64,000 nt of DNA from Lepidodermella squamata (Eukaryota > Animalia > Gastrotricha). The DNA is taken from positions 620,001-684,000 of the forward strand of contig JBLDXI010000011.1 in the NCBI GenBank assembly GCA_047495785.1, in the 5' to 3' direction. The first letter of the stretch is position 1; every line of letters begins with the position of its first letter. The notes under the pieces were generated by a model. It was not told where the DNA came from. It searched no databases and worked only from the letters and a program-made list of their open reading frames with translations. The position numbers and the translations under genes were made by a program. Below are positions 1-10,568 of this stretch, in pieces.

Positions 1-552
1 TCTTATATTGACGAAATTAAAAGCATTTTACGAATCGATCTCTCTGTTAGTTTAACTTGTTACTACAAGGTCACGAAATAGTTTCAAAAATAATCATTTT
101 AATTTAAAATTGTTGAAAGATTACGAAATGTTCTGTTACGAATTTGCGAGGACTTGCTATTCACCATTTAATTTAAGAATTGGTTCGCGGCATGGAAGTG
201 CCAAAGCGATCCTTATGATGTCTTAAACTGGCATTTGATTCGAGGAGTTCTGGAGCAATTTCGGACAACTCCTGCGAAAAACGATTGGTAGCTTTTTTGG
301 ATTATGGACTTTTCAAGAAAATGGCGGAATTCGACAATTGTTTCGGTTCGCAACAACACATTAATTTGATTTGTTAGAAGTTAGAATAAGCTAAAAATTC
401 GACAAAACCCACTTGTCACCTGTCAACAATTCTTTATTGTCCGGATGTAAGCGAAATTTTACTTAGGGCATGATGCCTACTGCAATATGTATTTTTGAAT
501 TAAGAAAAAAGCTGTTTTAAAATTCGGCAGCAGCATCCAGTCAAGTGTCGCT

Positions 553-1585
553 TCACGGGCTCATGCATTTCTCAAAATTATTGACGCCATAGGCGCTTTC
601 CGTCAAGTATCGTACAGGACCCGGCGACAGCTGCATGCAGCATTCTAGGTAAGATTTGCCATCATAAAGACCGTCTTTTGTTGTCTAGAACGATGAGAAG
701 AAACATATCTTAGAAGAATTTTAAATGAAAATATCTATTCATACCAATGATGTAGCTTCAGTCGCCTCAGCTCTTGAGGTGTAAGGGAAGCGGAAGCAAA
801 ATGAAAATGTAAAAGAAAGGATCGAAATAGCGTGTATCGCGTATGGATTGTCGGATGGATCGGACGAAATGCACGCCAACACAGGCGGGGAGCTAGGAAT
901 CATCTCGTACACTAAACTGCCAGTTCCCTTCGCAGCATTACAACAGGCGGCAAATGTTGGAAATGTATTCGCCGCTGCGGAAGATTGCTGAAAATCAATC
1001 AAGTTTGCAAGCTGATATACGAGATCATGAGGCAAATTTCACCGTTGTTCCACTTGTAAGGATTGAATTGCACGCCCCAGTGTTAGCCATGCAGAATTTA
1101 AGATTATCTTTCCTTCGGGCCGGTGCCGCTTGTGTCTGCGTAATTTCGCAAAGGTTGTAATTCCCAACAGTGGCCTGCAATTCAACAACAATTCACAGAT
1201 AAACGAGATTTCTGAATAAAATTGACTAAACCTACGGGGCTCGTGCAAGTTTGATCGACAGGACAAGAATTTTCCGACAAGCCAATGCACTTTTTCGAAG
1301 ATAAATCGCAAACATTGGCGGTCGGCGTGCACGTTTGCCCACTCGGACAAGAGCCACCCTTCGCCACGCAACTGCTGGTGGCTGCGTCGCATACGTTAGC
1401 TGCTGCAACGCAGGATGATCCAGAATTGCAAGGGTTCGATGTGGTATAGCAGGCTTGGCCATTCGGGCAGGTTCCAGGCGATTCAGAGGCTGGTGCCGAT
1501 CTCGGACAGGAGGTTGTCGATGATGCTGGGCAAGCTGTAGCAGCAGAGCATGCCGCAGAAGAGCGAGCTGAGTAAGATATTGCAT
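553..1585 (-). pseudogene. Cys-rich secreted protein family, copy 1; frameshifted in the signal peptide
   Basis: Four exons homologous to copies 2 and 3, ending ...FEKCMSP* (TGA at 555-553). Exon 1 (1585-1236) is 350 nt versus 354 nt in copy 2. A 4-nt deletion after MQYLTQLALL shifts the frame. Could be an assembly error. Confidence 0.75.
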
Positions 1586-1800
1586 GGCTTCGAGTAAGTC
1601 TGAAGATGTAACGTCGAAACGATCGCTTAAATACCATAATTTTGTCCGAATCGTTACGTCAGGTGCCTAGTTCGAACCCGAGATGGCGTGTCGTGTTGAA
1701 CTCGGAACCACGTGACGACCGCCACAGCTGGTTGCGTTTGAGAGGCGTTGACGCGGCCGGGCTGCCTAATGATCGCTAATTCATTGCAGTGAAAGGCAGC
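1586..1800 (-). promoter_or_regulatory. Conserved upstream block of the Cys-rich family (TATA-like box and two E-boxes)
   Basis: TATTTAAG lies ~45-55 nt before the ATG in all three copies. CACGTG at 1709, 6390 and 9687. A second CANNTG nearby is CAGCTG in copies 1 and 3 and CAAATG in copy 2. Confidence 0.6.
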
Positions 1801-3199
1801 AGAGATATTCAAATGACTTTTCTTCAATCATGAAATTACAGAAAACTTACGACAATGATATACCTAGCTTAAGTCAGCTATAGCACGTAAACATCAAATT
1901 AAATGTTTAGATACGGTCGTGAGATAACGAGGCTATTGTGTGCTCGGCCTACAAACATATGCAACTAACTGCGAAACACTACCAAAACGCCTAGTGTTTT
2001 CTGTGTTATTTCATTGAATCACAGACAAATAGTAAGAAACTGCGCATTCACGTTTGTTTGATACTGCCAAAGTTAATACGTTGTGTTTCCTGTGCGCATA
2101 TTCAACATCGAGCGGTCAACCATCTGTGTTATTCAATTTTGAAAACAGATATTGGGTTAGATCGATTATTTCATTTGATTCATGTGATTTGCTAGCGTCA
2201 GAATTATTGATTTTTTTCCTGCCCAGCTGTAGCTAGAAAAGTCGTTAGTTAGGCGGACTTCGGACTTCTTCCATAGGTATGAGTCGGTTGAGAACTCAGC
2301 GAGAATAGGCACGAGCGAAATGCAACCGTAAGGCAGCAAACCTGACGATGGTCTAATACTGTCCGCAGTGCCCATGTGTTAAATGGCCCTGCAAGTCTAT
2401 ACGGCTTACAGAGAATGGGACGACTACGATTCATAATCCCAGTCCACGATGCAACATTTGAATGTTGACATTTTTGGTTCCCAACATAATCTTGGTCCTC
2501 TTGGCGATCTCTCTGGATCTCTAACCGTAACACCTGGAAGCTTCTAATATTGATTTTCAAATTCTCCGCACTTGATTTAGTAATGAAAAGATATTTTTGA
2601 GAGAACACAACCACCCAATGTCATTTGACGAGCTTGCATGGCAAGTTAGGATGATCACCTAGGTCACCTTGTCCTAACACGGGTGAGAAGGTCTTTTTAT
2701 AGCAATAGGGTGAAGTTGTTCTCTCAAAAAGATTGTATATACCAAATCACGGTTTATATTTTGCAAATTCAACTCGAATAAATTCACTATGGTAAGATCG
2801 TTGGTGTCCTATCTGTTACAGTGTTATCTATGCCTGGTCTATCTGACTTCACAGGCGTCCATGAAATCTGGCGGCACAATAGTCTGACTGACGCGACTTG
2901 AATTGAATAATTTGCTGGTAATTGAAAACATTCGATTTTTTGCATGGCTAAATAAAATTCCGTCGTGCAAGAGATAAAGGCAACGCATTACTTTCGGAAA
3001 ATGCCGAAAATTCGACAAATTTCACTTTTCTCTAGACAAATGAAATGAACAAATAATGAAAACGTGTTATTTTTCGTCCTCCTCGGCTGTAAAAATTGTG
3101 ATGGCAATGTATACAAGCCTTACCCGTGAGGGTTTAGGGGTGGCTGACGACGAGAGATCAGCTTCAGGAACAGTCGCGAACAATCTGCTTTTTCCCATG

Positions 3200-4430
3200 A
3201 ATTCATAATTCTCTATGCTGTTACATAATAGCTGCCATTCTTCCCGGTCTCTAGCTGTTATTTCCGCCAATTCTAAATCCGGAATTTTGTGAATTTCGGT
3301 GCGTCGCATCAAAAGGGTTGATTTACGGGGTCGCCCTCGTTTTTTGGGTTCATTAGGATCCCTGATACGTTTTTCATGTATATAAAAAATTCCAATTTTT
3401 AGCAGGCTTCTTCGGAGGCTGTCAGACTATCGGGTTGGCGGCCTGCCGCGAGGCAAGTACCAACTCGGGTCGACCGCTTTCCAGTAGTACATAATACTCG
3501 TGAGACTTTCAGGGTCGTATTCATCCTGCCGAATTATATGGCCGAAATTTTTCAATCAATTCACTCAATTCCATTACGTCGCAGATTAGTCTAATATCTA
3601 CATTAGGAACATAGTCCGTTCTAAACATACCCATAATTGTTCCAAGCCAGCGCATTAAAATTACATTTAGCCTTTGCTCTTGTTGGGTGGTCAGGTTGCA
3701 GGTTTCGCAGGCATAGGTGACGGTAGGAATAACAACGCATATTTGAGAACTTTCAATTTTGCAATTAAGCTGACGTGTTTCCTATGACACATAAGTTTAT
3801 GGAGGGCACCAAAGCAGCCGCCAGCTTTCGCTATGTGTGCCTTGATCTCCTCGTCCATTTTCCCATCGGAAGCAATGATGCTTCCTAAATATTTGAAAGA
3901 TGTGACTTTATCCAATAGTTTGCCGTCTAATTCAAGTTGATAGCTGCTATCATCACCGATCACCATTTATTGGGTTTTACTAATGCTGATTTTCAAACCT
4001 AGTTCCGCACACGCTTTATTGAAAACATCCAGTAATAATTTAATTTCTTCATGACTCATACCTATTGAAGTTCCATCATCCGCGAAAGCAATCAGGTTCA
4101 GTATTAACAGGGAAGCCACCCGGGTGTCCATCAATTTTCGGCAGATTTCATCGAACGTTGCGATGAAGAGCAGCGGAGACAAGGGACAGCCATGCCGTAA
4201 GCCCCTCTTCACAACAAAGAAGTCCGAGAGTTGATTATTTATTTTGACTGCTACTTTGTTACATTTATAAAAGCTTTTTACAGCCGCAATAAGGTTAGCA
4301 TCGACACCTATTTCCTCGAGCGCAGCCCAGACCTTCTCGCGATCGATGAGATCGTAGGCCTTTTCCGGTCAATGAAAACCAAATGCATTTCCTTACCGCC
4401 GCAGCAAATAACTTTTTCGATAAGTCTATA
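3200..4430 (-). mobile_element. Degenerate 5'-truncated non-LTR retrotransposon (RTE-like reverse transcriptase)
   Basis: Broken ORFs with GLRHGCPLSPLLF, FADD, GLKISISKT, FKYLGS and a C-terminal RGRP...ARDREEW. Confidence 0.9.
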
Positions 4431-4592
4431 GACATAAGATGTTTTATAAAATTGTCCCGATGTAAGTGACGTTTACTTTTGATTCCTTCGCTACATCACA
4501 TGTTTTTGTGAAGAAAAAGCAAAGCTGTTATGGTCCGTTGTTTAGTTTGTTCCGGGAACGGCTGGGTCCAGTCTAGCTTTATGAGGTGACGC

Positions 4593-5234
4593 CAGTGACT
4601 TTGATTTGATTTGATTTGATTTCTTCAGTAAATCACAGGTCTTTGTAAATCAATCATTTCAAATCAAATCCCCCAAAAATCGATAGTAAATCAAATCAAA
4701 TCAAATCTTTCGCATGGGGAAACATGAGTATCATGGTAAATTTCTGGGGATGCTTTCAAATTTCAAGCTTGGTTTTGGCAGAATGAGCGTGAAAGGGTAT
4801 GAAATTGCTCGAGGCTTTGGAAAACGGCTGTTTTCAAGGCAAAATGTGATTTTAGCATTTATTTATTTATTTAAGAGCACAAATCCCAAAGTTGAGAGCT
4901 CATAGAAAGAAAGTTTGCTTGAAGTAAAAATTAGTAGCAGATTATCTTGTCAATTCGGTCCGTTTCAGCATCAGTATATCCAACAAAGATTCAACAATTA
5001 TAATTTTTTCAGATTAGGTTTAGAATATTTATAAACAAGTTGACGGCAAGAAAAGGCATCATAACAAATTTTGAAACCACTTGTTTCCATGTTTAGCAAC
5101 AGGGGAAATTCCCAGATTAAATCAAGTGGGCTAAATTTAAATCAAATCAAATCATCCTGAAATTTTCTAAATAAAATCATCAAAAAATGGCCTAAATCAA
5201 ATCAAATCACAATCAAATCAAATCAAAGTCTCTG
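4593..5234. mobile_element. hAT-like MITE (642 bp)
   Basis: CAG...CTG termini. TIR CAGTGACTTTGATTTGATTTG / CAAATCAAATCAAAGTCTCTG. 8-bp TSD GGTGACGC (4585-4592) / GTTGACGC (5235-5242). Internal (GATTT)n repeats. Confidence 0.85.
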
Positions 5235-6254
5235 GTTGACGCAGACATCAAAACTTGTGATGCCATATGCAGATCCTGTTCCGGCTACTACAACATTCGG
5301 CGATAGCGCCATGCAGCACTCTAAGTAAGATTTGGCTTCAAAAACGCCGTCTTTTGTTGTCTGGAATGATAAGAGAGAAAATCAGAAAAAAGCCATTTTT
5401 TTGGAAATCTAATACCAATGATGAATCAGCTTCACCTGTCCCCGGGAGTGAGGTGAAAGGGAAGCGAAAACATAGAGAATATGTATTTCCAGCGATATTA
5501 GCAGATTGTATCGCGTAAGGGTTGTCGGATGGATCTGTCGCAATGCACGCCAACACACGCGGAGAGCCAGGAAGTATCTCATAGACTAAACTGCCAGTTC
5601 CTTTCGCAGCATTACAACAGTCGGCGAACGATGGGAATGTATTTGCCGCTGCAGATGATTGCTGGAAACATTCAAGTTGACAAGCTGTTATGAAAAGGAA
5701 TCAGGTAAACGTTACCGTTGCTCCTGTTTTCAGGAGTGAGTTGCACGCTCCAGTGTCCGCCATGCAGAATTTGAGATTGTTTTTTTTGCGCGTCGCTGAG
5801 GCCTGTGTCTGAGTGATCTCGCACAACTTGTAGGTGGCCTGTAATTCAGAAACAATTCCCGGATAAATATGATTTCCAGATAAAAACTGACTAGAATTAC
5901 CGGGCTCGTGCAAGTTTGATCGACAGGGCATGAATTTTCCGCCAAGCCAATGCATTTTTTCGACGAGACATCGCAAACATTGGCGGTAGGCGTGCACGTT
6001 TGGCCACTCGGACAAGAGCTTCCCTTCGCCACGCAGCTGTTGGTGGCTGCGTCGCATACGTTAGCAGCTGCAACACAGGATGATCCAGAATTGCAAGGGT
6101 TCGATGTTGTATAGCAGGCTTGGCCATTTGGGCAGGTTGCGACCGATTCAGGTGCTGGGGCGGATCTCGGGCAGGAGGTTGTCGATGATGCGGGGCAAGC
6201 AGTGACAGCAGAGGTTGCCGCAGCCAGAAGTAAAAGCTGAGTGAAATATTGCAT
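5223..6254 (-). CDS. Cys-rich secreted protein family, copy 2 (~286 aa)
   Basis: Exons 6254-5901, 5838-5716, 5661-5416, 5360-5223, all phase 0 with GT-AG. Signal peptide MQYFTQLLLLAAATSAVTA, tandem CPxGQxC repeats, C-terminal domain with FADCC, CFRFP and SYLECC. Confidence 0.85.
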
Positions 6255-7627
6255 GGCTTCGAGTAAGTCCGAAGATGAAACGGCGAAAACAGCCGCCGTT
6301 TGATCGCTTAAATACCATTATTTTGTCTGAATTGTAAGGTTCACTGCCTAGTTCGAACTTGGGATGGCATGTCGTGTTGAACTCGGAACCACGTGACGAA
6401 CGCCACAAATGGTTGCGTTCAGGCGCTGCGCGCTGCGTCAACCTTGTGATGACGATTCTAAACGCATCCATAGCTATTAAAGGCAGCAGAGATAGTCATT
6501 AGCATTTTCTTCATTCACGAAGTTTCACAAAACTAACGGCCGTGAAGTAAGGTGAAGCCCGTAAGCATCGAATTATAAGTTTAGATACGGTGGGGAGATA
6601 ACCAAGCTATAGCAGCTGGTTGTGTTTGACAGGCGTTGACGCGGCCGGTCCGCCTAGTTATCGTCAATTCATGGCAATAAAAGGCAGCTTCATCCATGAA
6701 AACTCACGGCCATGATATATACCTAGCTAAAGTCGGAAAAGCACGAAAACATCGAATAATAAGTTTCAGATACGGTGATGAGATATCCGAGCTATAGCGC
6801 GCTCGGCTTTAACGATGACAATAAGCTGCGAACGACATGAACAAAAAACATCTAACATACTGTCACAGACAATTTGTAATAAACTGCTCACTCACGTTTG
6901 TCGTACTGGCGAGATCAAACGTTTTGTTAAATGTTTGCATTCTCCGTTTGTATCATTGCCATTGCGAAGTCAGTTTCCATTATGAGGAGATTAACTTCTA
7001 CAATCTGGGTTTTTCTTTTATCTTCTCTTCAACCATCTCAGTTCTGAAGCTGTATCATACCTTCAATTATTTCATACTTTACTATGAGGACTAAATAATT
7101 GAGGAAGCTTTTGATTTCAGTGATTTGCGATGGTGCAGCTGCCGTAGATGCTATTATCTGCTGCCCGATGTTGCGGGCAATGAAAATGAACTGACAGTGT
7201 GTGTGTGTTCAAAATACCAGGCCACGGCAGCTGACACTGGTTTCGCCGAAGTCTATTCGGAATTCGGAATCTCGGAAATTTGAAGGCGCTACGAAGTCGC
7301 TCGGAGTCTTTTCGTGGTCAGGCGTTAGTGAGGCGATGGCGTCTGGTGCTGGTTCCGGTCGAGACGCAGCCGAGCTATTTCGGCGGGGTTACCTCGAATT
7401 GTGTCCAAGGTCTCATAGCTCCTCTTCTCCAAAGCTTTCAAATCCCATCTCATCAATTCGTGCGATCCTCTCCTTTTCGTGGTGCGCGACATGTTTAGTC
7501 GAGTGGTTTCGTGAGGATTATTGCGCTCACTTTCTCGCAATTACGTCCTATCAAGCTATCTGCGACTTTACTCTAAGCCCTGACATGGGTTTCGCCTATA
7601 TTAAAAACCTAGTCCGTAACCCGTGTC

Positions 7628-7726
7628 ATTTTTCGCACGAGACCCGTTATGTAAGATGAGACTATCGCCAGGCTTTCGACCCGGCTGGGGCGTATCGCCA
7701 TACGTAACGGGTCTCGTGCGAAAAAT
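7628..7726. repeat. Short inverted-repeat element abutting the LINE fragment
   Basis: TTTTTCGCACGAGACCCGTTATGTA ... TACGTAACGGGTCTCGTGCGAAAAAT, ~25-bp arms. Confidence 0.6.
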
Positions 7727-7729
7727 CCA

Positions 7730-8270
7730 AGTCCACCCCTCCGGCACGTACTCGGTGGGTTAGCCGTTCGGGCTCCATGCGAGCAACATGGCCGTACCGC
7801 CTAAGTTGATGTCTTGCTACTATCGAAGATAATTTTTCAGTTTCACATTTTTCTTTAATACAATCATTCCTAACTCTGTCCCTCAGAGTGACACCGCAAA
7901 TGCTACGTAGGCACCGCATCTGACAAACGTTCAGTCGCCTCACTGGTCATCGTCCAATTTTCACCCCCAAATTTTTCAACCGGTTCTACTGTACCTTGAA
8001 GACACTTCATTTTTACGCTAATAGGAATAGATTTATTACCAAAAATATATTTTTTCAAGGCACCGAAAGCTTTGCAGCTTTTCTCTATTCTGGCCCTGAT
8101 GTCGTGTTTTGAAGCTCCATCTGAGGTAATTATGCCTAAATTTGTGAAGCTACTAACTTCTTTCAGTCGTTCGTTGTAAATAATAAAAGGCTCAACAATT
8201 TCATCTCCTTTGTTAAAAACCATGAATTTGGTTTTTGGTACATTTATTTTGAGCCCTAGACTCAACAAAA
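7730..8270 (-). mobile_element. Degenerate LINE reverse transcriptase fragment
   Basis: LGLKINVPKTKFM, FTNLG, ARIEK..KAFGAL, MRCLRSICGVTLRDRVRN, RQLRRYGHVARM-like motif (RHQLRRYGHVARM). Frameshifted. Confidence 0.9.
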
Positions 8271-8554
8271 ATATCGATAAGAAGTTGCATGTCGTTTCTA
8301 TGCATGGCTAATACAGGTGCTTTGCTTTTTTTATAACTATATATCAATAAAAGTCCCACGCGGACATGCGCGAAGCAATAGGTCGTAATAATACAATTTC
8401 ATGCCAAAAAGTATTCAAAATATTTTATTTCTCCATAAAATTTACCTACATATATTTACATATAATATTCTCCAAAATATGTTTTTCTAGAGTAAAAACG
8501 AGTCTGTTCGGTTGTTAGTTGTTTTTTTTTAAGCGGCAATGTTCCAGTGTCGCT

Positions 8555-9535
8555 CTACGAAGTGCTGCACATCTCAAATTGGACGCCATAGGCCCCTCCT
8601 TTTTCATATATTATCGGATTTGGCGATAGCAGAATGCAGCATTGAAGGAAAGAATAGGCTTCTTTAGCACCGTCTTTTGTTGTCTTGAAAAATAAGAGAA
8701 AACTTTAATTGAAAACATCTCAGACGGAAACCTACCACTGTGCTGCCGACTTCGGCTGCCAACGCTACTGAGGTGTAAGGGAAGCGAAAACAAGATGTTG
8801 TCGTTGTAACAATTGTTTGAGATTGTACTGGGTATGGGCTTCTAGCGTCGGATGAATCTGTCGCAATGCAGGCCATTACCGGCGGGGAGCCAGGAATCAT
8901 CTCGTACGTTATATCTTTAGCACCCTTCGCAGCATCACAACAGCCGGCGAATGTTGGGAACGAATTTGATGCTGCGGAAGATTGCTGAAATAAAATTCAT
9001 GTTGGCAAGCTGTAATAATACAAAATAATCAGGCAATGTTCACCGTTGTTCCAGTTGTCAGAACTGAGTTGCACGCCCCAGTAGTCGCGATGCAGAATTT
9101 AAGATTGGTCCTTTTGCGAGTCTCTGATGCCACTGTCTCCGTTATCTCGCACAAGTTGTAAGTTGACAGTACAGGGCTCGAGCAGGTTTGTCCGACCGGA
9201 CATGAAGTTTCCGCCGCCCCTATGCATTTTTTCGAAGATAGATCGCAAATATTGGCGGTGGGCGTGCATGTTTGGCCGCTCGCACAAGAAGGCGTAGAGC
9301 CACCCTTCGCCACGCAACTGCTGGTGGCTGCATCGCATACGTTAGCAGCTGCCACGCAGGACGATCCAGAGTTGCAGGGGTTCGATGTGGTATAACAGCC
9401 TTGGCCATTCGGGCATGTTCCGACTGATTCAGGAGTTGGTGCTGATCTCGGGCAGGAGGTTGTCGATGTTGCAGGGCAAGCCGTGACAGCAGAGAATGCC
9501 GCGGCCAGAAGTGCGAGCAGCGTCAAATATTGCAT
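8555..9535 (-). CDS. Cys-rich secreted protein family, copy 3 (~289 aa), three exons
   Basis: Exons 9535-9044, 8984-8736, 8683-8555, all phase 0. Signal peptide. Ends ...FEMCSTS*. Confidence 0.85.
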
Positions 9536-10568
9536 GGCTTCGAGTAATTCTCAAGAACTTATGAAGAAAATAGGCGTAATTTGATCGCTTAAATACCATA
9601 ATTTTGTCAACACGACCGGATAATATTTTTCAGGTTATAGCTGCATATTTCGCACTCGAGGTAGAAGGTCGTGTTGAACCTGGAACCACGTGAGACGACC
9701 GCTACAGCTGGTTGCGTTTCAGAGGCGGGTAGGCCTCGTGGACGCGGCCGGGGTGCCTAATGATCGTCACCTGCATACACCCGGCTTGCGTCAACCTAGT
9801 GATTACTATGGCAGCCGCATACATAGCAAGTTAGCAGAGGTGGCCGTTAGCCTTTTCTACACCCATGAAAATCTCAGAAAACTTACGGGCTGCCAAAGTC
9901 AGCCATAGCACGTAATCATCGAACAAAAAGTTTAGATACGGTGGGGAGATACCAAAGCAATGCGCGCTCGGCTTGTACGCATGCTATTACCTTACGAAAC
10001 ACATTACGAAACGCCAGGTGTTTACGTGGATAGTAAAGAGTAAGAAACTGCAAACTCACGTTTGTTACGTACTGCCGTGATAAAATTATTTCTTTGTATA
10101 CTCTTGATATTAGCTTTTTGTTGTCATTTGCTGTTACATCCAATTTTTCCCGCAGATTCTGCATCGATCACAGAAGGATTATTCGAAATCCGCCTGTAAT
10201 GTTTGGAACTTGAGAAGTCTGCCTGGCTGTTTGTGTGTGATTGATGTGTCGCTCCATCAATTAACCTCTTGAACATTGAACTTAGTTTCGTTGACCGTTC
10301 AAGTCGAGAGCCAGCCGAGCTATTCCGGAGATGTTAACTCTCAATATGTCAAAGGCCCTATGAATTTAATCCTTCGTGCTTTCATACAAGACTTTTTTCA
10401 AATAAACGCGTTAAAAACGAATTTATTTCTACCACGCAAATTCAAAAATAGAAAGTATAAGCTCTTCCTGATCGAAACACGCAGCTTTCAGCAGAAATGT
10501 GACTTACCGGAAGTTAACTACACATACACGGCTAGACAGAGCGCCTTCCTTACGAGCTATTTTTAACC

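Noticed and set aside
1586-1637. Upstream ATG that would rescue the copy 1 frameshift
   Set aside because: It lies upstream of the conserved TATA-like box and gives no hydrophobic signal peptide.
4600-5230. (GATTT)n arrays as CRISPR or telomeric repeats
   Set aside because: They are subterminal repeats of the hAT MITE; no spacers or cas genes, and the DNA is eukaryotic.
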